From Octopus sinensis (Eukaryota), in assembly GCF_006345805.1 (NCBI RefSeq), contig NC_042997.1:151590001-151654000 (forward strand): 64,000 nt of DNA. Direction: 5' to 3'. Position 1 is the first letter of the stretch, and the number at the start of each line of letters is the position of its first letter. The translations under genes were made by a program, and so were the position numbers. Positions 39,945 to 54,719 of the stretch are shown here, in pieces. The notes below the pieces were generated by a model. That model did no database searches. It was given only the letters and a program-made list of their open reading frames with translations, and was not told the origin of the DNA.

Positions 39945-42366
39945 GGCGCAGAAGTGGCTGTGTGGTAAATAGCTTGCTTTCTTCCTACTGCGCATGAGTC
40001 GTTGTGTTGTGCGTATCACTGAAGGAGATAGCTAGTAAAAAAGTTGCCTAGCTGTAAGGTAAGGCTTTTGTTTTTTTTGTGTCCAGTGGGGGTTGTTGTT
40101 TGTGGTAATATTTTTTACAAGCAAGGAGTCCTCACTGGATTCCGGGCTTAGTCTCCCTGTCGTTGGGATAAGACTGTTTACATTAAGTGAATATTTTTTC
40201 TCATTGTGAAAAGTGTTGTTTGGTAGGTGTGTCTCGCCACCAAGATTTGTGAAAATTTTATAAAATTCATGGAGGAATTTTCTGTGTTCCTACTTCTAGA
40301 CCTGGAGTACCTGATTGGAGTACCAAGTTGTGGAAAACCTGTCGGCCAGGATTACCAGAGGCCGGAAGAGTATTTGCCGTGATTTGAAATGTCTTCCTTC
40401 GTTCTATTACTCTACTCTGTCTTTCTTTTCTTATTTTGTGATTTTGACTCTGTTTGGACTTTTGGTTGAACATTTTTGGACTGTCCTTTCTTTTCTGAAA
40501 ACATGGCAAAAAAGATAAACACTTCATTGGAGTAGTAGATTGTGCCCCCCCCCCCCAAGCAGTGGGTAAAAGACTTCAACGAGAGAGCGGTGGTGTTGTG
40601 TACGTATTTCAAGTCTCTCGACACCATCACTGTTCTCTCAATTTGAGATAGAGAAAGAGTTGGCACAATAACTGCCAACAATTAAATTTATTGCAAGGGG
40701 TGTCAAATATTCAATGGTGTGGTTACTATTTAACATCCCTGAGGAGGTGGCAATTTTGCGAGTCAGCCATTAGAAGGGCAAAAGATTCTGTTTCTTCCCA
40801 CAAATGGAAGGAAGAAAGTAACAAGAGCTTGGGTATGTGGGCTGCCACTCCCGATAGAGCCCGAGTGGATGGAAGACACTATCCGCGGGGGTCTGGGTGG
40901 CAGTGGAGCCAGGCTCCTCAATGTGAAAATGTTGCCTGCGTCCGATTGCGTTGGGTCAAAAGCTGTTTTGATCCTGTGGATCGAGTCAGCCAAGTGTCTG
41001 GTTATGCCAGATGTTTTAAAATGGCCGGGTGCAGGGACCAGGTGATTCTTGAGGGACGCCAAGTGTCGAACCTGGCCACATCAAAATGAACTGTTCTCAG
41101 GACCAGAGTAAGGTCCTGGAGCAGTTAGTTGTGGAAGAACCCCCTCCTCTTCCTCCTCCTCCAGAAGGAGAGTGTGGAGGTAGGGGGGGAGAGAGACCTC
41201 CCCCGAAAAAAAGGGGAGGAAAAGGAAGAAGCGGAGCAACAATGGTTGCTCGGCGAGGGATCCTAAAGTTGCGGGAGGGAACGAGGTTTCTCTGGTCATG
41301 GTGAAGGAGCCAACCCCTCCCGCATCAAAGACAAAAAAGAAGAGGAGAAAAAAGAATGGGACAGTGCCTATGGTCTGCAATGTACTGCCGGCATGTCCCG
41401 AGGCCTCGTTGATGGGAATTGTGCCACCGACCGAGGAAGCTGTGATCCCTCCCAGTGAAAATAATGACGAATATGTGGTCTTCTATCTCAATATGAGGGG
41501 CTATGATAACTTTGTAGAAAGTTGTCTTGAAGGTCGGGAACTGATGGACGCGACCTGTATTGATAGTCAATATTAGCCTCTGCAGGTGTCTGCGCTGGTA
41601 ATGGAAGAAAGAGATTTTTTTCCAAATAATGGATTCCTTGCTGTTGCAGGATTGCCTGCAGGCGGCAAGAGAATTGATCAGGGATGGTTGAAAAGAGTTT
41701 TAGCGTCTCAATTTATGTAAGAGTTTCATTACCTCGTTTTTGTGTGTGTTTTTTATTGAAAAAGAAAAAAAGAAAACTGAATGAACAGTGTTCTCGAGGG
41801 GCTTCGATCGGCGAGCGTCGTTTTGCTCCTCTCATTAATATCATATTTCGCTTATTATTTCATCTCATTAATGTAAATGTCCAGCCCGCAGCTACATCTG
41901 TGTAATGCCCTTGTGGCAAATTCAATGAATAAAAGTACCTTGCTTATTAACCACATGGTTCTGGATTCAGTCCCACTGCGTGGCACCTTGAACAAGTATG
42001 TCCTACTATAGCCTCGTGACGACCAAAGCTTTGTGAGTGGATTTGGTAGACGGAAGCTGAAAGACGGAAGATGGAATATACTAGAATTTATTATTAATCA
42101 CAACAATTCGTTTTATTATCCATTGTATGCCCATGTATGTATATGTATATATTTGTGTGTCTGTGTTTGTCCCACCACCATCGCTTGACAACCGATGTCG
42201 GGTAATTATGCCCCTGTAACTTAGCGGTTCGGCAACAGAGACTGATAGTATAAGTACTAGGTTTACAAAGAATAAATCCTGGGGTCGATTTGGACGATTA
42301 ATAGTGGTGCTCCAACATGACCGCAGTCAAATGACGGCAACAAATAAAGAAATAAATGAATAAAAG
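39945..42366 (+). mobile_element. tRNA-derived SINE family B, split by the 39980-41938 insertion
   Basis: Head GGCGCAGAAGTGGCTGTGTGGTAAATAGCTTGCTT resumes at 41946; homologous to the intact copy at 61380-61800. Confidence 0.88.
39980..41938 (+). mobile_element. ~1.96-kb LINE-like insert carrying only a decayed gag/ORF1-like frame
   Basis: 7-bp TSD CTTGCTT (39973-39979, 41939-41945); AATAAA at 41928-41933; frameshifted RAWVCGLP.., VILEGR, GHIKMNC knuckle half, Pro/Lys-rich tail; no EN or RT motifs seen. Confidence 0.7.
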
Positions 42367-42386
42367 AATACACACACACAGTGATG

Positions 42387-42687
42387 TTTGTTCCTTCTCG
42401 AGCCACGCCTGGCTCATAAGGGCCGGTTTCTCGGTTTCCTTGGCGCATAGGTTCCCCACCTGGACGGGACGCCGGTCCGTCGCATGTGAGCTGCAAGATG
42501 CAGGAGGAAAGAGTGAGAGAAAGTTGTGGCGAAAGAGTCAGCAGAAGTTCGCCATTACTTCTGCCGGAACCGCGTGGAGCTTAGGTGTTTCGCTCATAAG
42601 CACACACATCACCCGGTCCGAGATTCGAACCCGCGATCTCTCGACCGCGAGTCTACTGCTCTAACCACTAGGTTATGTGCCTCCACT
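42387..42687 (-). mobile_element. Full-length tRNA-derived SINE family C with TSD
   Basis: Head GGAGGCACATAACCTAGTGGTTAGAGC...GGTTCGAATCTC; 13-bp TSD ACACACAGTGATG at 42374-42386 and 42688-42700. Confidence 0.9.
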
Positions 42688-43851
42688 ACACACAGTGATG
42701 GACGCTCGATAGCTAGAGATAGGTATTCTGTATACCGCTAGCGGGGGCGAATCACTGCTACCTCTAGATGTAGAGCGTACATCACTGACAAGAGCAAGGA
42801 AGGTCAAAATCTCTTGATCCGATGGTCTCCACGCTGGAAGTAGCGAGAGTTTGCCTCCCAGCTAGCGATATAAACAAGAGTGTATTTCGCACCAGAAACC
42901 AGTATGAGAGTTTCTCTCACGGTAACTACTGTAGTGTAATTTTTTTCAAACAGAACATCAACGTTTAAGTGGGAATAAATATTAACTCAAGAGCAATAAT
43001 ACAGCTTTACGTTTAACCAAATTATAATTAAAAAATATAATGTCAGTTGCTATAGTAGTAGTTACAACCACTACAAATAGTAAGATTATCATCACCCCGG
43101 AAACCAAAGCAGGCATTTCCATCTGTTCTCTATCACACAAACACACACACATACACTCACCTTCTCTTTCTCTCTCTCTCACTCACTCCACCCTTCTCTA
43201 TTTATCATTACCTTCGCTGATATAGTTACCATGACTACCAGAGTTGTTCATATTGAGATATTGTCTTGAATGTGACCGAAATATTACATTAAATCATACA
43301 ACATTAATATTATGATATTTCAAATTTACGAATAAATGGTTTAATTTATTGAGCTTATTGTAACGTCTTGAAATTAAGCTAAAGTATAACAGTCATGTTC
43401 AGACTCAAAGTGACTTAATCAAATTAATTTCATCTTTGATTACAGAACCAAATGAACGTTTCAATGTCACACTCACAACAACAAACAAAATAGAAGTCCA
43501 ACTATAAATTCGGTGAATTATAGATAATAGAAATAATTAATCGGTCAAATATTCTACACTCTCAATTCCAGCCTTCTCATATACATTGGAAAAGCGATTG
43601 AAATCAAGTAGTTAGGTTAGATTTCCTGTATATCAGAATAATATGTATAGACAGATCAAATATTGACAGCACCGAATTGGGTGAGACGATAGAGCACGGT
43701 ATAGATGACATTGTGGTATTTGGTTCAGCTGCTTTCTGCTAAGATGTCAACTTCGCTTTCAATTTTTCTGGTTTGATAAAATACCCCTCCTGTTCAAGAA
43801 ACTAGTTTTATATCTTTGTCTCTTTCCCATTATGTCTTTCTCTCTGTATCC

Positions 43852-43887
<36 letters not shown>

Positions 43888-44082
43888 CTCTCTCTCTTCC
43901 ATAGCACAAACTGGTTGTGACCAAACTCTAAGAAAACTGGGGTCAGTTGGGTTTAGAAACGCGCAAGATACATTGTCATGATAACGCAATTCACAATAAT
44001 ATACGGGGCCAAAACAAGTCGTATCATGTGGCGGTAAGCATAACTGTCCTCTCTTTCTCTCTTTTTCTCTCTCTCTCTCAGT

Positions 44083-44109
44083 ATACATGTATGTATGTAT
44101 GTATGTATG

Positions 44110-44141
<32 letters not shown>

Positions 44142-44345
44142 GGTATGTATGTATGTATGTATGTATGTATGTATGATGTATGTATGTATGTATGTATGTA
44201 TGTATGTATGTATGTATGTATGTATGTATGTAGTATGTATGTATGTATGTATGTATGTATGTATGTATGTATGTATGTATTATGTATGTATGTATGTATG
44301 TATGTATGTATGTATGTATGTATGTATGTATGTATGTATGTATGT
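44083..44345. repeat. (TATG)n microsatellite
   Basis: Directly visible; source of the MYVC/HTYI ORFs. Confidence 0.95.
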
Positions 44346-44346
44346 A

Positions 44347-44615
44347 CAGAGGTGTATGGCTTAGAGCCAAGGTTGTTGCACTCAGGATCGCTAAATCGCG
44401 GGTTCAATTCCCAGATCCGGCGGCGCGTTGTAATCTTGAGCGAAACACTTTCTTTCACGTTGCTCCAGTCCCTCTTTCTATCAGAGATGAGGAATGTTGG
44501 CCTGCTCGCCTAGCCAGCGAAGTGGCGTCATTCGAAGACTAAAACGATGCGAAGCGCATTGCAACCGGCAATGCGTAACAACATCTACTTGTCTGATCAG
44601 TTACGTGGTAACGAG
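44347..44615 (+). mobile_element. tRNA-derived SINE with CORE-like centre (decayed relative at ~51250-51385)
   Basis: B box GGGTTCAATTCC followed by CTTGAGCGAAACACTTTCTTTCACGTTGCTCCAGTCC. Confidence 0.65.
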
Positions 44616-45355
44616 ATATATATCTATATGTATATTATTTATATTATTATATGATTGAACACTACGCATGCTCTTCCAAGTAAGTTTTATCTTAAAAATT
44701 CTGATGCGCACTCTATACTGTATTTTTACGCTTTCATTTTTCTCTTATTATTTTACCTCCTCCTCTCCCACTACTCTATCCTATTACTCTGTCACTCTCT
44801 CTCTACCTCACTCCTCCTGCCTTGCTCACGTAGCTCGCACTTGACCATCAGCCATCTTTCCTTCTTCTCCTAATTTGTGTTTCTTTCCTTCTCTCCGATG
44901 TAGCTAGAACAAGGAAGACGTGTTCTTGTCTATATCCTGCCCAAGCTTGATTTATGACTTCGCCACCACTACCTCGTTTAAACTTAGCACTTCCTGTTTG
45001 TTTTCAATGACCTGATTGTGTTACAAATTTTGGCCCGCCACAAAATCCCAAATTTTATTTGATTTGTTTTGTGGGAGCAACTGTTTTATCGAAAGCGTAT
45101 TTTGTTGTTAAATACTCGAAATACAAGAGTAGAAAAACAGCTAACAACTGATGGAGGGTCGTTCTTTACGTTCTTTGCCTTGTTTTCCATTTTTATGTCT
45201 TTCGTTGTTCGAAAAAATAGTTCATATTCAATGTACTCGTACCACGTATTTTTGTTGAGCACGTCTCGTGACGTCTTGTGCATACATATGTATATATATA
45301 CATATATATATATATATACGTATAGATGTAAGTATGTACATATACGTATGTATAT

Positions 45356-45395
<40 letters not shown>

Positions 45396-45397
45396 TT

Positions 45398-45514
<117 letters not shown>

Positions 45515-45576
45515 AAATTCAGGGTGAATACTTGATAAGTGTAAGCACTTGGAAGTCTTTGGTATAGCAATTGTAT

Positions 45577-45668
45577 GCGGCTGAAGAGAGCTTTAAACCA
45601 TCTGTTATGTCGATTATACATTGATGTAAGAATAGGTTGTTGTATAAAGCTTGAAACACGTGTACCGC
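45577..45668 (+). ncRNA. Type I hammerhead ribozyme, family 4, in a 196-nt piece (45511-45706) between (TA)n tracts
   Basis: GCGG-CTGAAGA-GAGCTTTA(49-nt insert)TAAAGCTT-GAAA-C(ACGT)G-TA-CCGC. Confidence 0.75.
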
Positions 45669-46068
45669 GACATCCTTTGTGCTCTGTTTTTTATTTCAGT
45701 TGATGCATATATATATATATAAATCACGTATAGGTGTGTGTGTGTAAGCTAAAACACCACATGAGTCAGTAAATCCGAACTATCATTAAATATTAGGAAA
45801 CCAAGCTGTGAAAGTAAATTTAACGAATGTGAACTCATTCTGTTTATGCTTTCGATATGCAAAAAACAGTAGCAGATTTTTCTGACTTACCCAATTTTTT
45901 TTCTCCTCGGTCTATAGCATGAAACATTTAACCTCTATTTTCCTGTCATTAATTAAACTGTTACTTTAGTGCATAGCCTGCTTCATATATGTGTGTCTTT
46001 GGTTTGCATATTTGTATTTAACTTGTACACACAAATATATTTCCACCCATCCCTCCATCCATCCATCA

Positions 46069-46111
<43 letters not shown>

Positions 46112-46479
46112 CATACATGTATGCATACATACTTACATACATCCTGCAGGTCTACAGTGAACTCCATAAGAATCATTCATTTCGCGATGACCGCCCATGT
46201 GAATCCAGAAATTCAAATGTTTCAACAGAGGCCAACAAGGGAGATATTCTGCGTAGCACAAAATATTTGTGTATGAGTACGTTGAAAAAGTTGAGACTAT
46301 TAATATGAAGTGTAGCTTTTGGAAGGACTCGCACTGCAGCGTAATGTCTGTATTTCGCAAACACATGACAAGAGATAGCAACAAATATGTAATGAAGAAA
46401 TGAGACAGCGAATCCCTTAAAATACCAAAATACAAACACAATTGACGTTTATGTCACTCTTCAAGACAGAACATAGAAC

Positions 46480-47095
46480 TTTTAATCAGAAGCCGCCAAA
46501 GTTGTCATCGAGATATTACCTCCAGCTATGAGATGCTGTTGTTGAAACCAAGCGCATCGTTACGTGCAGAAACAAAAAAGTGCACTAGGATTAACTTGAA
46601 TCACACCTATACGAAAACTTTCCAGAAGTTTATCAATTAAATATATGTGAGCATGTCTATATATGCAATAATATGCATGAGAATACATACATAAAGCATA
46701 CAAATCTGCACATACATACATACATACATACAAAAATACCCCGTTGTTGATGTTAAATTTGGTCTAGGTTAGAAACCGGTTCTTTATCGGCAAGAAATCT
46801 TGAAATCTTGAAATATACATATATATATATGTTTCGAAAAATATACACCCTCATAGAGGTAAGCTATCCTACTGATGTGAATATCACTTTGAAGATCAAA
46901 GAGAAAACAGTTAACTATGGACGACTACTTCTAAGCCGCCAGGTTCAATATCCGGATTACAAATTCACAATGATACCAATAATAATTAGAGCACTTAGTT
47001 TTGTAAGTAAATTGCTAACTGTCAGTCTGGATAAGCTTGGGCTTTCAGAAAAAAATAATCAACCCACTGGCTCGGACATAACAAATACAATCTGA
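46480..47095 (+). mobile_element. Decayed RLE LINE C-terminus, interrupted by a short repeat
   Basis: LSSRYYL.. then LIEVSYPTDVNITLKIKEKTVNYG..QYPDYKFTMIPIII.AL. Confidence 0.6.
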
Positions 47096-47609
47096 AAGTG
47101 GAACAGTAATATATATGAATACATGCATATCAAGACAAGGAATCTTGCTGAAGCATTCTCCTCAAAACTACTACAAAGTGCAAACATAAGAAGTCTCACA
47201 TGAACCGCAAGTATGGCATCTCTTTCCCAAACAGTAAGGAACAACTCTTTGAAAATTGGAGCTCCTCTCGCCTGACTATAAATTTTGTGTTATATCAAAT
47301 TATATTATACCAACAAGAATGGTATATTATATGAATAAGCGTTGGTGAACTTGCGTGTGTTAGCAATGTATAAAAGACAATCTGGAAAGGCTGGGATTTT
47401 CAAACTAAATCAGGAACGTGCTAACACTTACACATAAATCTAGAGCGAAACTAAAAATTTTGCAAGACTTTTTGCAAGTCCGATATGTAACAATTATCAT
47501 AGTTCTTATTCAAATACAAGTGATGGAGCTTCTGCTGATTTCCTAAAAGTCAGCTTCCTCCCTCTGTGTAGAAACCTCATAAATACAAAGAAAAGTGAAA
47601 GAAAACACA

Positions 47610-47938
47610 CACACATACATACATACATACATACATACATACATACATACATACATACATACATACATACATACATACATGCATACATACATACACATGC
47701 ACACATATATACAGGCATACATATACGTGAATATACATCGATAAAACAAAACATACAGATCTGCACATGCACTGGCACCAAATAATTTCATATGCGCACA
47801 CACTTACACAGAGACATGCATTACTAAACTACCTTGTTGATGTTGTTGAAATTCCAATGAAGCTACTTTATATCTAGGTTGGAAAGTGGTCCTTTCTCCA
47901 TTAGCAAGATATCAAGAAATAAAACTTAACGATCATAT

Positions 47939-47969
<31 letters not shown>

Positions 47970-48382
47970 ATATATATATATATTATATATATATATATAT
48001 ATTATATATATACATACATATATATATATATATACATACATACATACGTACGTACGTACATACATACATACTACATACATACATACATACATACATACAT
48101 ACATACATACATACATACATACATGCATACATACATACACATGCACACATATATACAGGCATACATATACGTGAATATACATCGATAAAACAAAACATAC
48201 AGATCTGCACATGCACTGGCACCAAATAATTTCATATGCGCACACACTTACACAGAGACATGCATTACTAAACTACCTTGTTGATGTTGTTGAAATTCCA
48301 ATGAAGCTACTTTATATCTAGGTTGGAAAGTGGTCCTTTCTCCATTAGCAAGATATCAAGAAATAAAACTTAACGATCATAT

Positions 48383-48469
<87 letters not shown>

Positions 48470-48620
48470 TATATATACATACATACATACATATATACAT
48501 ACATACATACGTACGTACGTACATACATACATACATACATACATACATGCATACATACATACATACATACATACCTACATACATACATACATACGTACAT
48601 ACATACATACATACATACAT
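47610..48620. repeat. 444-bp tandem duplication bounded by (TACA)n/(TA)n
   Basis: Unique block 47681-47945 repeated, apparently identically, at 48125-48389. Confidence 0.9.
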
Positions 48621-49514
48621 ACCACAGCAATATAAATTGAGCAGAAATACTTTCTCTCGCACTGGTTAATGCTTACTTACCAACAATAAAATGTTTCATG
48701 CTATTGTATTTTTATAATATTGGTGTAAAAAACAGGAGGGAAGAATATCAGATTTCTATTTTGTTTTCCGTATTTAGCTATTATCTTTGCCGTCTTCTTC
48801 GTCGTCATCTATAAATGTTAGATTTACGTTAAAGCTACGATAAACGCCACAGTAAAACTGTTCTTTCGTACATGAATGTTCTTTTCTATGGGAATTTGCT
48901 GATGATATTTCAGATTATATAACTTCGTACGTGTTTTATAATGTCTGGTGGGCGATATCGCATATATTTTCGTTGTAAAAAATATATAATAGTTCGCTCT
49001 TCCGCGTGCGATCATCTTGTGCGTGAAATACGCAATGTTATGTTTGATCGTATTAATATTTTCAAGCTTATGCATTGATAATATTTTCAGATTCGTGATG
49101 ATGTCTGATTTTTTTCGTTTTTTTTTTCTTTAAGTTATGCCAGATACATTCTCAAAAATAGAGGCTAAAGTTGTTTACTTACATATTTGTAAATATTTCT
49201 TCTTAAATATTGATCATTCATTGATTAATGAGTGAAATTATATACACCTACATGTACGTGTGCTTGTATATATCTCGAGATAAAAATTAATGATAATATG
49301 TATCTATCTATCTATCTATCAATATATATATATATAACTTACACAGTCAGAAACTCATGTATAGGCACAGACGTGAGCGCGCGTGCACATACACACATAT
49401 GAGTTATTGGGAAGAATCGTAGATAGCTATATATATTTCGTAGATAGCTAGATATAGATAGAGAGATAGGTAGACATGCAGGCAGGCAGGCAGGCAGGCT
49501 GACAGACAGACAGG

Positions 49515-49598
<84 letters not shown>

Positions 49599-51487
49599 CA
49601 GACAGAAAGATAGATAGACAGAAAGATAGGCATGAAGATTTTTGCTGTGCTAACTCAGCAATCATCATATCTTTATTTTATGTAGTTATTTTGCTAGAAA
49701 TGTGGGGCACAAGGAATAATATTTTCTAAACTTCTGACTTTATTTATTATAACGTTATATATTTATTATATATAAAGTACATTTATTTATAATGTTAACT
49801 GCGTTACAAAAACTATTTCAACTAATCAAATGGTATGTAAATGCTTTAAAAACACTATAACCTATTCAGAGCACTATTTCAAAAAAGTTATCTCCTTCCT
49901 CTTTGAACATACAAAAGACAAAATTGTCGCGGCAATATGAACGAGACTAAATAAGGTCAATTGGCTTCTTCATTTCTCCGGAATTATATTTAAGAAACAC
50001 TCACACGTACCAATATCCATACTTAGTTATAAGAAAGAAAGAAACGCATCAAAAATTTTAAATATCTAGGTTAAATAAAAAAAGGATCATGAAAAAGTAG
50101 CTCGTGATATGAAATTAATGAAACGTCTTTAAATCTAAAATCTCAACATAAAATACTCTATGGTTTCTTCACGATCTGCTGGAGTGGCTCTCCTGATATT
50201 TTTACGCACCATGCAGCTAAAACGAAGTTGTTTTCGAAATAAGTCATTACTCATTTTGTCACAGTCTAAACAGGATTTTTGAAAATTAGACACTAGTGTG
50301 AAAAGAAAAATGACTTGGAATCGAAGAGATTAAAAACGTTTAATTGTTAAACACCAAACATTATCCACATATTTTTTTAGCAACCTCAATAAAAATCGCA
50401 TCAAATTTGAGGAATATTTCGTTGAAAAATAAGAAGCTATCACCTGATTAGTTTTCAAACTCTCACAACTTCAACAGCTGTGCTGACCAATATTTACTCG
50501 CGAGGTTGGTGCAACAGTATATAATGATGATGCAACAGTCGCACTATAATGGTTTCAAACAGGTAGAGATAAAATAATGATGGATCAGAAATTACTCATT
50601 TTTCGCCACCTACCCATTTTGCATACCAGCGTGTATTTATTGCTAAATTTATAAAAATAAGATTGCCGGTAGATTTTCGATTTTCAGAGAACACTGAATG
50701 TTAAAGAATTGCCCTTTTCAGAAGCATGAGCTTTTCATTTTTAAAAAGTGGAATCATCTTTCATGGGACAAAAATAGAAGTGATTTATTGGATATTATTT
50801 TAATGCTCACCATATCACCCGAAGAAGGCATGAAGTTGTTGACTTGCACAGGAAATAGTTTTCCTTGTAAAAATGTGTTCTCAGTGACAGTTTCTTCCGA
50901 CACATTCTATTGGCATACCCTCATAGTTAAAATCCACGTAATGCTAGTCTTTCAATAAGATTAACGGCTTCAGGACAACCAACATGAAATTAAATGAGAT
51001 AAGGGAGGTCATATTTTACGGATAAGTCTCTGTGTCTCACGTGCAGCTTGTTAATCGTTCTAATTTCTCTGATGTTAATATTCAATGCCCCTGAGTATTT
51101 AATGTCTATCCTTTGCTCACGTTAATTATAAAATTTCTTAAGAGCGACAACATCTTATAGGCTATTTTATAATGTCTATCGGGGATTCTAATAATCTATT
51201 ATTTAACTTCCTTTCCTGTTCCATTTTGTGATTTCATAGCTTTTCATAGAGACTACAGGGTTGTACTGACAAGCATAAGGTAGTGGGTTCGATTCTTAGA
51301 CCGGTTGGTGCTTATTGCTCTTGAGCAAGGTACTTCATTGTGCCAATCTACCTATCTGGAAATGAGTACTAGCAAAATGCTTCCGCCAAATGTCATATTC
51401 TCTACGATCAACAGTATCAGGTAAGAGAGGACCTCCTTGTCACTACATAGGCACATATTATATTAGTGTTAAAATTACGTACATATA

Positions 51488-51701
51488 CGAGGCAGTACTG
51501 AAAAGTTTCTGGCTTTAAGGATATCGTGAACGGTCTGGTTGAAGGCCAAACATTCGGAGTTCTTTTATAGGGCTTAGAAAACTAGAGGACCGCTGGAATA
51601 AGTCTGTACATCTGCGAGGGAAATATGTTGAATAAAATCATAATTAACTGTTATCCTTTATTTTAATTTCCTAAAGCCAGGGAGTTTTCAGCAAGCCCTC
51701 G
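51488..51701 (+). mobile_element. Mariner-derived MITE
   Basis: TIRs CGAGGCAGTACTGAAAAGTTTCTGGCTTTA and an imperfect inverted end; interior reads GLRKLEDRWNKSVHLRGKYVE*. Confidence 0.8.
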
Positions 51702-52107
51702 CGTGTGTGTATGTGTGTGTGTGTATTTAGATAACTTAAATAACTTATGTTGCAACCATATATTGATACAGGACATGTCTAAATTTATAGCACCACATGG
51801 TGGCATCTGTTAAATCAATTTTAAGTGAAGTTTTGGGGTTACACAGCTCTAATGGGTATAGCCTTAAAACATTCACTCGTTATTCCCTCAACAAAATACC
51901 ACCAGCATTGCCCAAACAACCTTAACATCAGATTCAGAATTCATTCAAGTTTGGGTCACGTGCCATAGCCCACGACACAATTCAGGCTCACAAAACATAA
52001 ATTCACTGCAGGAAAATGTCCTTTTCTCAACAGGTACTGCTCTTTAACATTATCTGAAAACAAATGAAAGAAAGAAGAAATATATCCTATCATGCGTATG
52101 TAAGAAG

Positions 52108-52160
<53 letters not shown>

Positions 52161-53661
52161 TATATATATTCTTGTGTGTGAGCGTATATATATATCATGT
52201 ATATATAGTGGTTTTTAAATCATTGAGAACAATTTCATATTTTAATAAAAGCAATGTTCAAGCATTATCCCAGCACTTTTCCATATCTTCTAAATCCGAC
52301 ATATAATCAATGGGTACGTCGTAGCGTTCATTTTTTTTCGTCAATATAAAGTCGATGAAGTAACACAATCCTTAATAGATATAATATTAAAAAACGTTAT
52401 CATAATACATTTAATATCATTAAAGAAGAAGCAATGTTCCAAGCCTCTTAAGTATAAATAGAAACTATATTGAAGTATCAAGCAATGTGCCATCCTTATA
52501 ACACATTTAAGGATCAAAATTTAATTCATACAGAAAATAGAATTAGCAGATATTGTATATACAGAAAATACAATACTGCAACAATTCACTACACATAAGG
52601 CACACTGCTATGTTATGTTATGTAGTAGTTGTGCGCAATAAAAATCAGAATACTGAAATATTCATGGTTATTTCTAACATAGACACGGCAACGATGGTAA
52701 CGATGGTAAAGACTAACAAGTTCATAAATTTTACGTATTTTTATGTCCCTCAAGTATACCTTACTGGTGTACTAACTAAAAGCATAAACAATCTTAACCA
52801 AATAAGGGGGAGAATGTTTATTTTATCGTTGTCCTACCGAGTCTGTCAATCCTGATAACTCAAAATAATAATGACAATAATAGCATTAATAATAAAAAGC
52901 AATATAAATTCATTATCTTTTATTATTTATTTCTCATTTTCTTAATGTCATCATAACTTCGATATGAAAATAAGAAAATACGATAACAGCAAAAATTATA
53001 GTGAAATTATTAAACTCATTTATGCAGCAATGAGAGAGAATTCAGCCAAAAATATAATAACAAGCAAGAAGAAAACAGAAAATTTAAGGTAAACCTCATA
53101 ATGTAATCGAGTTATGACAAACTTCTATACTATATGATTTATCATACAGCTCGCTGGTTATACGATATAAAATCGATATAAAATTACAACTTTTATTAAT
53201 ATAATAAATAATTGTCCATTATGTTCATGAAAAATCTTTCACATTTACTTTCTTCCCAATATGGGGTTTGTATTTGCATGTATGTGCGTGTGATTAAAGT
53301 TGGGAGGGAAAGAGACAGTAAGAAGCAGTGAGCATGAGGTTTATAATGCATTTTCTAACTGTATGTAATTATATGAAATATCATAATTATATTGCTAACA
53401 GCTGTCAGAATAAAGTACAAAAGCATATATGTACTCGCTCCCATATACAGGAATATATATGCATGTGTACATTACTTTAACTCTCTCACTTTATGTATGT
53501 ATGCATGTATATATATATATATATATGTACGTGTGTATGTATGTATGTATTTATGTATGTAAGTATGTATTTAAATATGCATGTATTATGTATTTATGTA
53601 TATATATATTTGCATATGTATGTCTGTATATATATTTATAATAGGATTAGCTCGTAAACGA

Positions 53662-53720
<59 letters not shown>

Positions 53721-54159
53721 TGTGTGTGTGTACGTACGTATGTTTGCATGTATATATGTATTTGTATATACATATACACATACATATAAATATATACACA
53801 TACATACACACACACGCACACACACACACACACGCACACACACATACACATATATATATATATATATATATGTATATGTATACATGCGCCTATGTATACA
53901 TATGTTTATGTGTGTGCATGGTTATATACAGATATGTATGCGAGTGTTAGAATACTATATTAATATCCATGCTAAATATTCAGCGTTCTAGCATAAATTC
54001 ATTGATGGGAGGTTAGTTAATTTGTGAAGAAATTTTTAGTTAATTTTTGCATGCGCATGCGCAAACAGACACTGTCACACACAAAGAATATGAACATGAA
54101 TGTATCAAATGAGTGTGCATCTATGTATGTAGCTATGCACGTATATACATTTATACGTG

Positions 54160-54199
<40 letters not shown>

Positions 54200-54719
54200 C
54201 ACGCACATGCATATATGTGTGTGTATGTATGTTTTATATGTGTGTGCATGTCTGTGGTTGTGTTTGTGCGTGTGTGTACGTGTGTGCGTCAATTATTATG
54301 TACTGTCTTAGCTGAGAAATATGCCATTGTAACACAGTGAGAAAATTCCAGCCACAGATGTAACCTATAGATTTGCTGCTTAATCAACTAGAAACAGCAG
54401 CCAGACCTTCCTCAAATTGTACTGCACTGTCTTATGATATATGCTTAGTGATCAATATGTTTCCAGTTATGCAAAATACTTTATTGTAGTCAGTTATCGT
54501 AATCCTGTTTTTGATGTTAGTTCTGGTCCATCACTGTCGTCCTGGCTTTCTAGAAATGTAGTAACAACAACGAGTCAATAAATGAATGTGTATATGTTCG
54601 CTCGATCTACTAAATATAGCAGCCAAACATATTTTCATATCACATCGAAATCTCATTAAAACATATAGAGAGCAATCCCTCGAGTGTTGCACTAAAATCT
54701 TACCAGCTAAACGAAATAG

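Noticed and set aside
43905-44033. 129-nt AG/GT-bounded candidate exon
   Set aside because: Stops in all three frames; the pyrimidine tract is a (CT)n microsatellite.
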